From assembly GCA_963815215.1 (NCBI GenBank), contig CAWFFU010000011.1:544001-608000 (forward strand): DNA of 64,000 nucleotides, given 5' to 3'. The notes below the pieces were generated by a model that did no database searches, had not been told where the DNA came from, and saw only the letters and a list, made by a program, of their open reading frames with translations. Below are positions 8,936 through 21,346 of the stretch, in pieces (within the stretch, counting starts at the first letter, position 1; each line of letters starts with the position of its first letter). The DNA is from an uncultured Trueperaceae bacterium (GTDB lineage Bacteria > Deinococcota > Deinococci > Deinococcales > Trueperaceae). A program made the translations under genes and the position numbers.

Positions 8936-9016
8936 TCCTCATGGTGATACTGCGGCGCCTCGCGAGGCTGCTGTAGGCTAGGGCCCCGACCCATGTGGGC
9001 GGAGGAGGAGGCCCTC

Positions 9017-9799
9017 GTGCCACGCATCGACGGAAGGCCCACCCAAGGCACCCCCTGCTGGACCGACCTGATGTCGCCCAACGTGGAGGTGGCCGCCGGC
9101 TTCTACCGGGGCTTGTTCGGTTGGGAATACGACGCAAGCGGACCGGAGTACGGCTTCTACCACATGGCGCGAGTGGACACCCGTGCTGCCGCTGGCATCG
9201 GGCAGATCCCCGAGGGCGCCGGCCTCCCATCCGCCTGGACCGTGTACTTCGCCGCCGACGATGTCCATGCCATGGCCGAGCGTGCTGGAGCGCTCGGCGG
9301 CACCATCATGATGCCGCCGATGGAGGTGCCGGGTCAGGGATGGATGGCCGTGATCCTGGACCCCGTCGGGGCGACCTTCGGGCTCTGGCAGGGGACCGGA
9401 CACCTGGGGGCCGGCATCAAGGAGGTGCACGGCGCGACGACGTGGCGTGACCTACACACCGCCGACGTCGAAGGCGCCCACGACTTCTATGCCGAGCTGC
9501 TCGGGGTCGAGGCACAGCTGTTCGACGGCGGGAGTACCCGCTACTACACCCTCGTCAAGGACGGCAAGAACATCGCCGGAATCGCCCAGACGCCCCCACA
9601 GGGGGCGGCCGCGCCGTCGCGCTGGTTGACCTACTTCGAAGTGGCCGACCTCGACAGGATCCTTCGGGACGCTGTCGAGGGCGGGGGCACGGTCCTGGAG
9701 CCTCCTTCCGACACCCCCTTCGGGCGCATGGCGGTTCTGGCCGATCCGTTCGGGGCCGTCTTCTGCGTCCACTGGAGCAGGCAGCCTGCGTCGGAGTGA
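9017..9799 (+). CDS. Two-domain VOC (glyoxalase/bleomycin resistance) family protein
   Basis: GGAGGAGGAG RBS; GTPCWTDL, FYRGLFGW, DPVGATFGLW and DPFGAVF tandem VOC repeats. Confidence 0.88.
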   Translation: MPRIDGRPTQGTPCWTDLMSPNVEVAAGFYRGLFGWEYDASGPEYGFYHMARVDTRAAAGIGQIPEGAGLPSAWTVYFAADDVHAMAERAGALGGTIMMPPMEVPGQGWMAVILDPVGATFGLWQGTGHLGAGIKEVHGATTWRDLHTADVEGAHDFYAELLGVEAQLFDGGSTRYYTLVKDGKNIAGIAQTPPQGAAAPSRWLTYFEVADLDRILRDAVEGGGTVLEPPSDTPFGRMAVLADPFGAVFCVHWSRQPASE

Positions 9800-9925
9800 A
9801 CGCTGAAGCTACCACGGGGGTCGAGGACCTCCGCGTCGGAGCGACCGCGCTGTCGTAAGGCGTCGCCCCCGGCAACTGTCGTCCCGGCATGCGTCCGGCC
9901 GGAAGGACCTCTCTAGACTGGGCCC

Positions 9926-10312
9926 ATGCTCGATCCAGGAGAACGGGGCGCTGTGGCACGCGCCTGTATCGCCAACATCGACGCTCCCGAGCGGCAGCGG
10001 CGGCTGGTCTTCGGGGTGGCGGCGCTGGCGGTTGGGGCGGCCGCGTTCGCCCTTCTGCTGGCGACCGGCACCGCGCGCGGATGGCGGTTGGCGCTCCTGC
10101 TGGCGTTCTACCCCGGCGCACTCGGCGTCTTCCAGTGGCGTGACCACACCTGCGTGGCGCTGGCCGCCCGTGGCCGGCGCAAGCTCGGCGGGGGCGCCGA
10201 AGCCATCGCGGACGCCGCGGAGCTCGCGGCCGTGAGGGCGCAGGCGAGCGGCGTGCAGCGCAAGGCCATCGCCGCGGCCGTTGCGCTGGCCTTGATCGCT
10301 CTGATGGTGTAG
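9926..10312 (+). CDS. Hypothetical small membrane protein, probably leaderless
   Basis: Three hydrophobic segments with Cys motifs (CIANID, HTCV); TAGACT-N6-ATG. Confidence 0.7.
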   Translation: MLDPGERGAVARACIANIDAPERQRRLVFGVAALAVGAAAFALLLATGTARGWRLALLLAFYPGALGVFQWRDHTCVALAARGRRKLGGGAEAIADAAELAAVRAQASGVQRKAIAAAVALALIALMV

Positions 10313-10501
10313 TAGCCGACCTGCCGGCACGTCCGGCGATGTGCGACCAAGCCCGCCGGCGCGCCACCGACGCAGTAGCATGAAGTGAACGCTCCCCCTC
10401 GCTCGGCGTGGCTCTTCTTCTCACGTTCTTCCGACAACGTCCGCCTCCACGGCCCCAGGCGAACGCGGAGCATGGGCGATCTGGCGCGACGGAGGAGCAC
10501 C

Positions 10502-11470
10502 ATGTTCGAGCACATCCTGGTCCCCCTGGACGAGTCGCCCGCTGCCGAGTGCGTGCTTCCCCATGTGACGGCGATCGCTCAACTCACGGGCGCACGCATC
10601 ACGCTGATGCGCGTGCTCGAGGGTCCGATGACGGCGGGGAACGTGCAACCGACCGATCCGGTGGCATGGCAGCTGCACCACGACGCCGCAGCCTCCTACC
10701 TGACCGACATCGCCAGGCGCCTGGAAGCACGCGGCCTCTCCGTGGAAGCCCGCATCTTCGAGGGAGATCCGGCCACCACCATCATCGATCACGTTCGCGA
10801 TGACCGTGTGGACCTCGTCGCCCTCGCCAGCCACGGCCGAACCGGCGTCACCGGGGCCGAGCTCGGTGCGGTCGCCCTCAAGACGATCCTGGGGGTCCAC
10901 GTTCCCCTGCTGCTGGTCCGAGCGTTCGGTGCGGGGCCGCGAGGCGCCGACGGTGCCCACTACCGGAAGGTGCTCGTCTTGCTCGACGGCTCGCGCCGGG
11001 CCGAGTGCTCGCTGCCCGTCGTCCATCGCATCGCCGACGAGCACGGAGCGGCGCTGCTCCTGGGTCATGTGGTACGGGCGCCCGAGGTGCCCCATCGACT
11101 GCCGCTCAGCCAGGACGAACAGGCGATCGTCGATGGTCTCGGAGCTCTCGCTCGCCGCCATGCCACGGCCTACCTCGACGCGCTGGGCAAGGATCTCGCG
11201 GGCGCCGGCCGGAGCGTCAGCGTTCACGTGCTGAGCGGCGACGACCCGGTCACCGAGCTCGAGGCGTTCGCCGAACGCGAAGACGTCGATCTGATCCTGA
11301 TGAGCGCCCACGGCGCCACCGGCACGACGAGGCGGCCGTTCGGGGCGATCGCGGAGGAGCTCGTGTTGTACGGAAGCCGGACGATCCTGATCGTGCAGGA
11401 TCGCTCGCGCGATGAGATCGAGGCCAGTCCGGCGCGCGCGGCCGCCCGTCAGCACACCGGCCACTCGTGA
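10502..11470 (+). CDS. Tandem-domain universal stress protein
   Basis: GGAGGAG RBS; MFEHILVPLDES, ASHGRTG, KVLVLLDGS, MSAHGATG. Confidence 0.92.
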   Translation: MFEHILVPLDESPAAECVLPHVTAIAQLTGARITLMRVLEGPMTAGNVQPTDPVAWQLHHDAAASYLTDIARRLEARGLSVEARIFEGDPATTIIDHVRDDRVDLVALASHGRTGVTGAELGAVALKTILGVHVPLLLVRAFGAGPRGADGAHYRKVLVLLDGSRRAECSLPVVHRIADEHGAALLLGHVVRAPEVPHRLPLSQDEQAIVDGLGALARRHATAYLDALGKDLAGAGRSVSVHVLSGDDPVTELEAFAEREDVDLILMSAHGATGTTRRPFGAIAEELVLYGSRTILIVQDRSRDEIEASPARAAARQHTGHS

Positions 11471-14400
11471 TCGATTACACCGCTGCTCCACCTATCGACG
11501 ACGAGACCCTCGAGCAGCACGCCGAGGCCCTCGCGGCGATGCACGAGGCGGCGCCCTGTCGCGGGTCGCCGCGCCACCTGCGCCGCCGCATCGAAGCCGT
11601 CCGAGAGCGGGTTCGCTCGCTGTACAAACGCCTACCGAGCGATGAACAGCGGATCACCAGCGGCCAGCGCTGGTTGCTGGACAACGACTATCTCGTGCTC
11701 CGCACCCTGAGGCAGGCCGGCGAAGACGTGTCCGATGCCTTCCTCCGGGTCCTGCCGTGCGTCAGGCGCGGCGCCGAGACGAACCTTCGCGTCGCCGAAC
11801 TGATCGAGGCGTTCATGGACCGGCTTGGCGGGCGCATCGAGATCTCGGTCCTCCAACGGTTCGTCGATGCCTACCAGCGCATCGTCCCTCTCACGCTCGC
11901 CGAGCTGTGGGCCCTGCCCGCCCTGCTGCGCGTGACCTCGCTCGAGCGCCTCGTCGAAGCGGCCGACCGGGAGTTGCTCTCGCAACACGAGATCGCCGGC
12001 GAGGAGGGCTCGATCGCCGATCTCGTGCAGGGGCTCCACGAGATCGAACAGCAGGATTGGACGGTCTTCGTCGAATCGCTGAGCGTGATCGAACGCCGCC
12101 TCCGCGGCGATCCCGCCGGCATCTACGCACATATGGATCTCGCGACGCGCGATGCCTACCGCCGCGTCGTCGAGGTCATCGCGCGCCGAGGGGGACATCC
12201 CGAAGCCGACGTCGCGCAGGAAGCCGTGCGCCTCGCAGGCGAGACGGCCAACACCCACCACGTGGGCACCGTACTTTTCGGACGGGAACGCCGCCGGCTC
12301 GAGGGGCGTCTCGGCGTCCGCGCGGGGCTCGGGCGGCTCCTGCGCAGCTGGCTCCGCCGCATTCGGGCGCCCATCTACCTCGCCACGATCGGCGCGCTCA
12401 CCGCGGGTTTCCTTGCCGGCACCGCGCTCCTGGCGGCGTCGTACGGGGCGCGGGCGTCGCTTCCGTGGCTTCTGGCCGCCTTCCTCGCCCCGGCGACCGT
12501 TGCAGCGGAGACGCTGGTGCACTTCGTGATCATGCGCCTGCTCCCGCCCAGGACGCTCCCGAAACTGGACTTCTCCGACGGCGTGCCCGACACCGCCCGG
12601 ACTCTCGTGGCGATCCCCACGCTGGTCTCCTCGGAGAGCGACGTTCCGTGGCTCTTCGCGCAGCTCGAACGGCACGCCGTCGGCAACCGCGATCCCAACA
12701 TCGGCTTCGCAGTCCTGACGGATCTCGCCGACGCGCCGGAGCGCGTCATGCCGGACGACGCCGCGCTGCTCGCCTCGCTCGAGACGCACCTGGAGGCCCT
12801 CCGCGCACGCCACCCCGCCATGCGCTTCTACCTCATGCATCGTGACCGGCGCTGGAACCCGTCCGAAGGGTGCTGGATGGGGTGGGAACGCAAGCGCGGG
12901 AAGCTGGCGGAGCTGAACGCCTGGCTCGAGCGCGGGGAGCGCGGCAGCTTCGTGCTCCCGGAGAGCGTTCCCGGCGGCCCGACAGATTACGCGTTCGTCG
13001 TCACGCTCGACACCGACACGGTGTTGCCGCCGGGCGCCGCCGCCCGCCTCGCCGGAACGTTGGCCCACCCTCTGGTACGGCCCCGCTTCAGGGACGACGG
13101 TTCGCTGGCGCAGGGCTACACGGTCCTGCAACCGCGCGTCGACATCCTTCCCACGGATGGGCCGCAGAGCCCGTTCAACAGCGTGTTCGGCGGCAGTTCC
13201 GGGGTCGACCTGTACGCCCGCGCCGTCTCGGATCCGTACATGGACCTGTTCGGAGAGGGCATCTTCGTCGGGAAGGGCATCTACGACGTTGCCGCGGTCG
13301 CCCGCGTCACCCGCGGCAAGGTGCCCGACAACAGCATCCTGAGTCACGACCTGTTCGAGGGGGGCTTGGGCCGGGCCGCCCTCGTGAGCGACGTGATCGT
13401 ACTTGAGAATTATCCGGCCACCTACCTCGCCTACGCGCGCCGGCTCCACCGGTGGGTGCGGGGTGACTGGCAACTGCTGCCGTGGTTGGGGCGCAAGGCC
13501 CCGGTGCCCGGCGGCGGCCGCGACGCCAACCCCCTGACACGGCTGACGCGCTGGTTGATCCTCCAGAACCTCATCCGCAGCCTGTCGCCACCCTCGCTGG
13601 CCGTGTCACTCGCTCTAGTGTGGACCGTCGTCCCAGGCCCGGCGTGGGCATGGACGCTGCTCGTTCTGGGCGTGTCCGCGATCCCCTTCCTGCTGGGTCG
13701 CCTCACGCGGTTGACGCGCTCGCTCCGACGGAAGGACCGGGGCGCATCGACCTGGCCGGCCGAAGCGCGCCGCTGGCTCGCCGACCTCGCCTTCCTTCCG
13801 GCCACCGCCGCCGTCTCCGTCTCGGCGATCGGCCTCACGCTGTGGCGCCTGATCGTGTCGCGACGGCACCTGCTGTCGTGGCACGACGCGGCCCGTACCG
13901 CCCGGGAGGTGCGATCGCACGACGGACCCGTGTCGACCTGGCGCGAGATGGCCCTCGCGCCGCTGGCGGCTGTTGCCCTCGCAGCCATCGTGGCCTGGAG
14001 CCGATCCGACGCGCTGCCGGTCGCGCTGCCGCTCCTCCTGGCCTGGCTCGCGTCCCCGGCCCTCGCCTATCGATCGGGGCGCTCCGTCGAACACGTGGAT
14101 CCACCCTTGCGAAGCCAGCAGAAGCGCTGGCTGACGACCATCGCACGGCGTACCTGGTTCTACTTCGAGCGGTTCGTGGGTCCCGGCGACCACTGGCTGC
14201 CCCCCGACCACTTCCAGGAAGAGCCACGCGGCGTGATCGCGCACCGCACCTCGCCGACCAACATCGGGCTGTTGTTGACGTCGACGCTGGCGGCGAACGA
14301 TCTGGGCTTCCTCGACGCCCGCACGGCCCTGCAACGGATCGGCAACACCTTCGCGACCCTCGCAACGCTCGAACGGTCGCGCGGCCACCTGCTCAACTGG

Positions 14401-17400
14401 TACGACACGCAGTCGCTGCAGCCGCTGCCCCCTCGGTACGTGTCGTTCGTGGATAGCGGCAACTTCCTCGCCTGCCTGGTGACCGTGAAGCACGGCTGCC
14501 TGGAGATCCTGCAACAACGTCCCGTGGAACGCTCGTCGTGGGCCGGCGTGGAGGTCCTGCTGGATCTGCTCGACGAGAACGCCACCTCGCTGCCGGGCGA
14601 CACATCGGCGATCGAGGCCGGTCTCGCCAACGTGCGAGAGAAGGTCGAGGCGCTGGAGGACGCGCCCGAACGCTGGTCCGACACGATCGACAGGCTCCTC
14701 GACGAGGACCTGCCGACCCTGAACGTGGCGATCCTCGACCTGGTACGTTCGACAGCGCCCCACATCGACCGCGAGGTCCTGTCCGAGCTCGCCATGTGGT
14801 CCGGGCGCCTACACGGCCACGCCGAGACCCTGCGACGCGAGCGCGACCTGTTCCTCCCTTGGCTGGCGCCGAATATCCGCACGCCCCGGCTCGACGCGCG
14901 CGCGGCCGAATGGCCGGCCTCGCCGACCTTCGCCGAGCTCGACGACATCTACGCGCGCATCCTCGGGACCCTGACCGGCACCGCCGAGCACGAAGATCAC
15001 CTGGAGGCCGGAGGCGACCCCCATACCGAAGACCTCCTGCGCCGCGCCGTGATCACGGCCGGCTCGGCGCTCGCCGACGTCTTGAGCACGGTCCGGAACG
15101 TCGTGGACGAGACCGAGCGCTACCTGCGCGAAGCCGATTTCGAGGCGCTCTACGATGCGCGCCGCAAGGTCTTCCGGATCGGCGTCCACGTGGACACGGG
15201 AAGGAACGACGAGCACGCCTACGATCTGCTGGCGTCCGAAGCGAGGATCGGCAGCTTCCTCGCCATCGCACTGGGGCGCGTACGCCAGGAACACTGGGTC
15301 CACCTGGGCCGGCCGTTCGCACTCGCCGGCGGGCGGCCCGTGCTGCAGTCGTGGAGCGGAAGCATGTTCGAGTACTTGATGCCATCGCTCATGATGCGGA
15401 CACCGCGTCACAGCCTGTTGGGTCAGGCGAGCCGCTCGGCCGTGCGGCGCCAGGTCGCCTTCGGCGCGGAACGCGCCATCCCGTGGGGCGTGTCCGAGTC
15501 CGGATACGCCCGGACCGACGCCAACGGGAACTATCAGTACCGAGCGTTCGGGGTGCCCGACCTCGCCCTCTCCCGTACCGAGACCGAGTCCCGCGTGATC
15601 GCTCCCTACGCGACCCTGATGGCGCTGCCGTTCGCACGGCGGGAGGCCGTGCGGAACCTGGAACGGATCGCCAAGGCCGGCGGCGTCGGGCGCTACGGCT
15701 TCTACGAGGCCATCGACTACACACCCGCCCACCTGCCGCTGGGCCGCCACGACAGCGTGGTTCGTTCGTTCATGGCACACCACCACGGCATGTCCCTGCT
15801 CGGGCTCTGCGCGGTCCTCGACGGGCCGAGGTTCGTCGACCGGTTCCATGCCGACGTGCGGGTCCAGAGCGCGGAGATCCTCCTGTACGAGACCGCCGTC
15901 GGCGTGCCGGCGTTGCGGCACGATCAAGGCAACGCACGGCCCGCCGAGCGGCGGCCGGCCCCGGAGCCGCTGCCCGTAGTTCCGCGCCAGATCCCCCCTC
16001 GAACGAGCGCGCCCCTGGTGAACGTTCTCTCCAACGGCCGCTACACCGTCTTCCTCAGTAACGCCGGCGGTGGAGGCTCTCGTTGGACAGGGATGGATCT
16101 CACCCGCTGGCGGGCCGACGCGACCCGGGATGCGTGCGGCACCTGGACGTACCTGCACGATCTCGAATCGGGGCGCCTATGGTCCACGACCCGGCAACCT
16201 ACCGGCGACGCCGACCAGGACGAGACGGTGTTCTTCCATCCTCACGCCGCGGAGTTCGTGCGGCGCGTCGATTCCATCGTCACCCGCCTCGACGTGACCG
16301 TCGACCCCGACGAGGACGCCGAGATCCGCCGCCTCGCCATCACGAATCAGGGCCCTGGCCCCCGTCGCCTGGCGATCACCAGTTACGGAGAAGTGGTGCT
16401 CGCCCCCCACGCCGCCGACTTGCGGCACCGCGCCTTCGGTGGCCTGTTCATCGAGAGCCGCTGGCTGCCGGAGGTCCACGGACTGCTGTTCCGCCGACGA
16501 CCTCGAGACGAGGGCGAGCACGCCTACTCGTTGCTGCACCGGCTGGTCACCGAGGACGGTCGACCGGAGAGCGTCGAGTACGAGAGCGATCGCGCCCGTT
16601 TCCTGGGCCGGCACGGTAGCGCGGAGCACCCCTCGGCTCTCCGGGCCGGCGCCCTGTCAGGAACCACCGGCGCGGTTCTCGATCCCGTGTTCGCCCTACG
16701 CACATCGCTCCTCGTCCCTCCCGGCGCGACCGTTCGCCTCGCCTTCGTGACGCTGGCGGGCACCGACGAGGCGACCGTGCGGACCGTCGCCCAGCGCTTC
16801 GGCCACTGGAACGCGATCGAGGCGGCGTTCCGCGACGCCCGCGCACACCAGATGACGGCGCTCGAACAGCTCGAGTTCGAAGGGACGGACTGGTGGACCG
16901 TCCAACGGCTCCGGTCCCACCTCCTCTACCCGAGCCACGCGATGCGCGCGCCGGCGCGGATCCTGCACGACAATCGCCTGGGCCAGTCGGACCTGTGGGG
17001 ATACGGGATCTCCGGCGACCACCCGATGGCGCTCGTCCGCGTGCGCGAGCCCGAAGACATGGACGTCGCACGCTTGCTGTTGAAGGCGCACCGGTACTGG
17101 CGTGAGCAGGGGTTCATGACCGAGCTGGTCCTTCTCGACGAACGGGACGACGGCTATCGGCAGACCACCCAGGGTCGCCTCAGGGCCCTCGTCCAAGCCG
17201 GCGGCCACGACGCCTGGATCGATCAGCCTGCCGGCATCTTCATCCTGGGAACGAACCGGATCGACGACGCGCACAAGGTCTTGCTGCTGACGGCGGCACG
17301 GCTGGTGGTGGGTGCCGGAGTTCCGCTCGAAGGAGCGTTGGCGCTGGCCCGCGACCGGAGCGAGCCCCGCCTTCCCACCCTGATGGCCACGCGCAGCGTC

Positions 17401-19893
17401 ACCGACACCGCCGAATCTCTGGCGCCGCTGCCGTCCTCGCAGACGCTCCACTTCGACAACACCCTGGGAGGATTCGCCGAGGAGGACCGCGAGTACCGGA
17501 TCGTTCAAGACGGGACCCCGACCCCGGCACCCTGGATCAACGTGCTGGCCAATCCCGACTTCGGCTGCCTCGTGAGCGAATCGGGGTCGAGCACCAGTTG
17601 GGCGGTCGACGGCGGAGAGAACCACCTCACGCCCTGGTCCAACGATCCGGTGGCGGATCCCAGCGGCGAAGTCCTCTACCTGCGCGACGAGGAGACGGCC
17701 GAGGTCTGGACCCCCACACCCCAGCCGATCCCCGGCGGCGCGCCGTACCAGGTGCACCATGCCGCCGGCTCCACTCGTTTCGACCACCGCAGTCACGATC
17801 TGGACCAGCACCTGCAGCTGTTCGTGCCGGACGATGCACCCCTGAAGGTGGTACGACTCCGGATCGAGAACCTTCTGCCGACGCCGCGGCGGCTCACCGT
17901 CACCTACTTCGCCGAATGGGTCCTGGGCACTACCCGCGAGGGTGCGCAGGCGTTCGTGATCCCGGAGTACGACGGCGAGCTCGAAGCGCTGCTGGCCCGC
18001 AATCCGTACCATCCGTCCTACCCGTCCCAGGTGGCCTTCCTGGTCGCCAGCCGTGTCCCGCACGGGCTCACCACCGATCGGGAGGAGTTCCTCGGTCGAG
18101 AGGGAAGTGTGGCCCGCCCGGCAGCCCTGACGCGTGTTGGCCTGTCCGGGCGCGTCGAGGCCGGTCGGGATCCCTGCGCAGCCCTGCAGGTCCACATCGA
18201 CCTTCCCGCCAACGGCAGCGACGAGGTGTTCTTCCTGCTGGGCGCAGGCACGGATCGCTCCGCGGCTCGGGACCTGATCCGCCGCTTCCGCGATCCCGCC
18301 CGACTCGATGCCGCTGCGGCGGCGCTGCAGCGAGCATGGGACGAACGTCTCGGCGCCGTCATCGTGCACACTCCCGATCCGGCGATGGACACGATGCTCA
18401 ATCGTTGGCTGCCGTACCAGACGATCGCCTGCCGGTTATGGGCCCGCGCAGCGTTCTACCAGGCCGGCGGCGCGTTCGGCTTCCGTGACCAGCTGCAGGA
18501 CGTCATGGCCGTCCTGCACGCCGCCCCCGAGCTGGCGCGGGCCCAGATCCTGCGCGCGGCCCGTCACCAGTTCGAAGAAGGCGACGTGCTCCACTGGTGG
18601 CATCCCGGCGCCACCCACGGGGTGCGAACACGCATCTCCGACGACCTCGCGTGGCTGCCGTTCGTGATCGAGCGTTACCTCGATCACACGGGTGACGACG
18701 CCATCCTGGACGAGAGTCTGCCGTTCTTGCACGCCGCCCCGCTGGAACCTGGGGAGAGCGAACGCTACGATCGGTCCCCGGAGACCGAGGACGGCTTCTC
18801 CCTGTACGAGCACGCCTGCCGAGCGCTGGACCGAGCCTGTACGGTGGGTCGCCACGGCCTACCGCTCATGGGAAGTGGCGACTGGAACGACGGTATGAAC
18901 CGGGTCGGCGTCGGCGGGATCGGGGAGAGTGTGTGGCTCGCCTGGTTCCTCATCGCGACGCTGCGGCGATTCGCGCCCCTGTGCGACGCCCGTGCCGACG
19001 CGACCCGCGCGGAGCGCTACCGGCGCCAGGCAGACGCCTACCGGACGGCCGCGGAAGCGCACGCCTGGGACGGTGACTGGTACCTGCGGGCCTTCTTCGA
19101 CGACGGCGCGACACTCGGTTCGCACCGGGACGAAGAGGCGAGGATCGACGCCATCGCCCAGTCCTGGTCGGTGCTCTCGGGAGCAGGCGATCCTGCGCGA
19201 TCCGCACGAGCGATGGCGTCGGTGGCCGAGCATCTGGTACGCCCGGACGACGGAATCGTGCTGCTGCTCACCCCGCCGTTCGACCACGGCACGGTCGATC
19301 CCGGATACATCCGGGGCTACCTGCCCGGCGTGCGGGAGAACGGCGGCCAGTACACCCATGCTGCGATCTGGACCGCGTGGGCGTTCGCGGCGCTCGGTGA
19401 CGGGGCCACCGCGCACCGCCTGTTCGACCTCCTCAACCCCATACGGCACGCCGACACGCCCGAGGCCGCCCAACGCTACAAGGTCGAGCCCTACGTGATC
19501 GCCGCCGACGTCTACGGCGTCCCGCCGCACGTCGGACGCGGCGGATGGAGCTGGTACACGGGGTCGTCCGGCTGGATGTACCGCCTGGGCATCGAGGCGA
19601 TCCTCGGTCTGCACCGCCACGCCGACGTGCTCGACATCCAGCCCTGCATCCCCCCGAGCTGGGACGGGTTCCAGGTGGACTATCGGCACGGCGCGAGCTC
19701 CTACCGGATCGAGGTGCTGAACCCACATCACGTCGCCCGCGGCGTGGAGGCGGTGACGGTCGACGGCCGCCTTCAAGCGGGAATGGGCGTGCCCCTGAGC
19801 GACGACGGTCGCGCCCACCGCGTGCTGGTCAGGATGCGGCAACCGGAAGCCGCCGCCCGGGCCGGGGAGCCCTCCGTCACCGGCCGAGGTTGA
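11467..19893 (+). CDS. ndvB: Cyclic beta-1,2-glucan synthase (Cgs/NdvB/ChvB-like; GT84 + glycoamylase-like cyclase + GH94), 2808 aa
   Basis: [33 protein letters not shown] (GT84); [47 protein letters not shown] (GH94). Confidence 0.93.
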   Translation: MIDYTAAPPIDDETLEQHAEALAAMHEAAPCRGSPRHLRRRIEAVRERVRSLYKRLPSDEQRITSGQRWLLDNDYLVLRTLRQAGEDVSDAFLRVLPCVRRGAETNLRVAELIEAFMDRLGGRIEISVLQRFVDAYQRIVPLTLAELWALPALLRVTSLERLVEAADRELLSQHEIAGEEGSIADLVQGLHEIEQQDWTVFVESLSVIERRLRGDPAGIYAHMDLATRDAYRRVVEVIARRGGHPEADVAQEAVRLAGETANTHHVGTVLFGRERRRLEGRLGVRAGLGRLLRSWLRRIRAPIYLATIGALTAGFLAGTALLAASYGARASLPWLLAAFLAPATVAAETLVHFVIMRLLPPRTLPKLDFSDGVPDTARTLVAIPTLVSSESDVPWLFAQLERHAVGNRDPNIGFAVLTDLADAPERVMPDDAALLASLETHLEALRARHPAMRFYLMHRDRRWNPSEGCWMGWERKRGKLAELNAWLERGERGSFVLPESVPGGPTDYAFVVTLDTDTVLPPGAAARLAGTLAHPLVRPRFRDDGSLAQGYTVLQPRVDILPTDGPQSPFNSVFGGSSGVDLYARAVSDPYMDLFGEGIFVGKGIYDVAAVARVTRGKVPDNSILSHDLFEGGLGRAALVSDVIVLENYPATYLAYARRLHRWVRGDWQLLPWLGRKAPVPGGGRDANPLTRLTRWLILQNLIRSLSPPSLAVSLALVWTVVPGPAWAWTLLVLGVSAIPFLLGRLTRLTRSLRRKDRGASTWPAEARRWLADLAFLPATAAVSVSAIGLTLWRLIVSRRHLLSWHDAARTAREVRSHDGPVSTWREMALAPLAAVALAAIVAWSRSDALPVALPLLLAWLASPALAYRSGRSVEHVDPPLRSQQKRWLTTIARRTWFYFERFVGPGDHWLPPDHFQEEPRGVIAHRTSPTNIGLLLTSTLAANDLGFLDARTALQRIGNTFATLATLERSRGHLLNWYDTQSLQPLPPRYVSFVDSGNFLACLVTVKHGCLEILQQRPVERSSWAGVEVLLDLLDENATSLPGDTSAIEAGLANVREKVEALEDAPERWSDTIDRLLDEDLPTLNVAILDLVRSTAPHIDREVLSELAMWSGRLHGHAETLRRERDLFLPWLAPNIRTPRLDARAAEWPASPTFAELDDIYARILGTLTGTAEHEDHLEAGGDPHTEDLLRRAVITAGSALADVLSTVRNVVDETERYLREADFEALYDARRKVFRIGVHVDTGRNDEHAYDLLASEARIGSFLAIALGRVRQEHWVHLGRPFALAGGRPVLQSWSGSMFEYLMPSLMMRTPRHSLLGQASRSAVRRQVAFGAERAIPWGVSESGYARTDANGNYQYRAFGVPDLALSRTETESRVIAPYATLMALPFARREAVRNLERIAKAGGVGRYGFYEAIDYTPAHLPLGRHDSVVRSFMAHHHGMSLLGLCAVLDGPRFVDRFHADVRVQSAEILLYETAVGVPALRHDQGNARPAERRPAPEPLPVVPRQIPPRTSAPLVNVLSNGRYTVFLSNAGGGGSRWTGMDLTRWRADATRDACGTWTYLHDLESGRLWSTTRQPTGDADQDETVFFHPHAAEFVRRVDSIVTRLDVTVDPDEDAEIRRLAITNQGPGPRRLAITSYGEVVLAPHAADLRHRAFGGLFIESRWLPEVHGLLFRRRPRDEGEHAYSLLHRLVTEDGRPESVEYESDRARFLGRHGSAEHPSALRAGALSGTTGAVLDPVFALRTSLLVPPGATVRLAFVTLAGTDEATVRTVAQRFGHWNAIEAAFRDARAHQMTALEQLEFEGTDWWTVQRLRSHLLYPSHAMRAPARILHDNRLGQSDLWGYGISGDHPMALVRVREPEDMDVARLLLKAHRYWREQGFMTELVLLDERDDGYRQTTQGRLRALVQAGGHDAWIDQPAGIFILGTNRIDDAHKVLLLTAARLVVGAGVPLEGALALARDRSEPRLPTLMATRSVTDTAESLAPLPSSQTLHFDNTLGGFAEEDREYRIVQDGTPTPAPWINVLANPDFGCLVSESGSSTSWAVDGGENHLTPWSNDPVADPSGEVLYLRDEETAEVWTPTPQPIPGGAPYQVHHAAGSTRFDHRSHDLDQHLQLFVPDDAPLKVVRLRIENLLPTPRRLTVTYFAEWVLGTTREGAQAFVIPEYDGELEALLARNPYHPSYPSQVAFLVASRVPHGLTTDREEFLGREGSVARPAALTRVGLSGRVEAGRDPCAALQVHIDLPANGSDEVFFLLGAGTDRSAARDLIRRFRDPARLDAAAAALQRAWDERLGAVIVHTPDPAMDTMLNRWLPYQTIACRLWARAAFYQAGGAFGFRDQLQDVMAVLHAAPELARAQILRAARHQFEEGDVLHWWHPGATHGVRTRISDDLAWLPFVIERYLDHTGDDAILDESLPFLHAAPLEPGESERYDRSPETEDGFSLYEHACRALDRACTVGRHGLPLMGSGDWNDGMNRVGVGGIGESVWLAWFLIATLRRFAPLCDARADATRAERYRRQADAYRTAAEAHAWDGDWYLRAFFDDGATLGSHRDEEARIDAIAQSWSVLSGAGDPARSARAMASVAEHLVRPDDGIVLLLTPPFDHGTVDPGYIRGYLPGVRENGGQYTHAAIWTAWAFAALGDGATAHRLFDLLNPIRHADTPEAAQRYKVEPYVIAADVYGVPPHVGRGGWSWYTGSSGWMYRLGIEAILGLHRHADVLDIQPCIPPSWDGFQVDYRHGASSYRIEVLNPHHVARGVEAVTVDGRLQAGMGVPLSDDGRAHRVLVRMRQPEAAARAGEPSVTGRG

Positions 19894-20235
19894 GGCTCGC
19901 GGCGCCATGCCGGCACCGCTATGCCCGGCCGAACCTCGGTGCACGACGAGCGGGCCGGCACCCGGGGCCCGGCATGGCAGCCGCCACCGGAACGCTGGGG
20001 TCCTGGCCCCTGGCCGTCGCCGGCCGAACCCGCTACGGTATCGGTGTAGGGAGCTGGCAACGCGCACTAAGGAGGCCCGTCAGGCGGCGTCTCCTCGATG
20101 GTGTAGCGCGATTCTTGGCTCCCTTCGGGGGCGCAGAAGTCGGGAGATGGCGGATGCACGTCGGCGTGGACCTCCTCGCAGCCATGATGCTGGCGCGGGA
20201 CGCGGCGACGTGCGGGGGATCCGGGAGGCGCGTCC

Positions 20236-21324
20236 ATGGACGAGGCAACGAGGGCTGCATCCGATTTCGCGGGTTGGCAAGAACTCGTCCGCAGGTACCA
20301 GCAACCCGACCTGAGAACGAGCCTGTGGCAGATCGTGAACTCCTTCGGCGGCCTGTTCCTGACAACCGGTCTGATGATCCTGTCGCTGCGCGTGGGCTAC
20401 TGGCTCACGCTGCTGCTGGCCGTCCCTGCCGCCGGCTTCCTGGTCCGCATCTTCATCATCCAGCACGACTGCGGGCACGGCTCGTTCTTCGAGTCCAGAC
20501 GGGCCAACGACATCGTCGGCGCGGCGAGCGGGGTCCTGACGATGGTGCCCTACCGCTTCTGGCGTAAGACCCACGCGATCCACCACGCCCACCACGCCGA
20601 GCTCGAGGAGCGTGGCATCGGTGACGTGTGGACGATGACCGTGCGGGAGTACGAGGCGGCGCCCTGGCGGGTGCGGGCGGTCTACCGCGTGTTCCGCCAC
20701 CCGCTGTTCCTGTTCACGGTGGCGCCCGCTGTGAACTTCATCGTCCTCCAACGCCTCCCGCTCAAGGGTGACCCCAGGTGGCGCACCGGCGAGACGGCCT
20801 CGGTCTGGTGGACCGACGTGGCGATCGTGGCGCTGCTGGGTACGGCGAGCCTCGCTCTCGGCGTGCTGACGGTGGTGTCGATCGTGCTACCCATCATGGT
20901 GATCGCCGCGAGCGCGGGCACCTGGCTCTTCTACGTGCAGCACCAGTTCGAACGAACCTACTGGGAGCACACGCCAAGGTGGAACTACGTGCTCGCCGCC
21001 ATGAAGGGCAGCTCGTACTACGCGCTACCGCGAGTGCTGCAGTGGTTCACGGGCAACATCGGCTTCCACCACATCCACCACCTCAGCCCCCGCATCCCCA
21101 ACTACAACCTGCAGAAGTGCCACGACGAGAACCCGGTCCTCCAGACCGCGCCCGCGCTCACGCTCGCCGCCAGCCTCAAGACGGCCGCCCTGAACCTGTG
21201 GGATGAAGACCGGCATCGCCTCGTCTCCTTCCGCGAAGCGAAGCGCGCCGCGGAATCCGGTAGCAGGAAAGCGCGAACGGCGGAGAACACCGCCGCCGAG
21301 CCACGCACCCCGCGACAGATCTAG
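20236..21324 (+). CDS. Membrane fatty acid desaturase (Des-like)
   Basis: His boxes HDCGH, HAIHH and HHIHH; GGGAGG RBS. Confidence 0.92.
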   Translation: MDEATRAASDFAGWQELVRRYQQPDLRTSLWQIVNSFGGLFLTTGLMILSLRVGYWLTLLLAVPAAGFLVRIFIIQHDCGHGSFFESRRANDIVGAASGVLTMVPYRFWRKTHAIHHAHHAELEERGIGDVWTMTVREYEAAPWRVRAVYRVFRHPLFLFTVAPAVNFIVLQRLPLKGDPRWRTGETASVWWTDVAIVALLGTASLALGVLTVVSIVLPIMVIAASAGTWLFYVQHQFERTYWEHTPRWNYVLAAMKGSSYYALPRVLQWFTGNIGFHHIHHLSPRIPNYNLQKCHDENPVLQTAPALTLAASLKTAALNLWDEDRHRLVSFREAKRAAESGSRKARTAENTAAEPRTPRQI

Positions 21325-21346
21325 GGACGCCGCCGTCGGCCGAACA

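Noticed and set aside
11632..20067. Many long antisense and alternate-frame ORFs inside the glucan synthase and other genes
   Set aside because: Expected in high-GC DNA where stop codons are rare; no motifs, RBS or plausible composition.
20067..20159. 30-aa minus-strand ORF (MHPPSPDFCAPEG...) with GAGGAGG upstream
   Set aside because: SD spacing is 11 nt, it is antisense to both flanking genes and has no recognisable motif.
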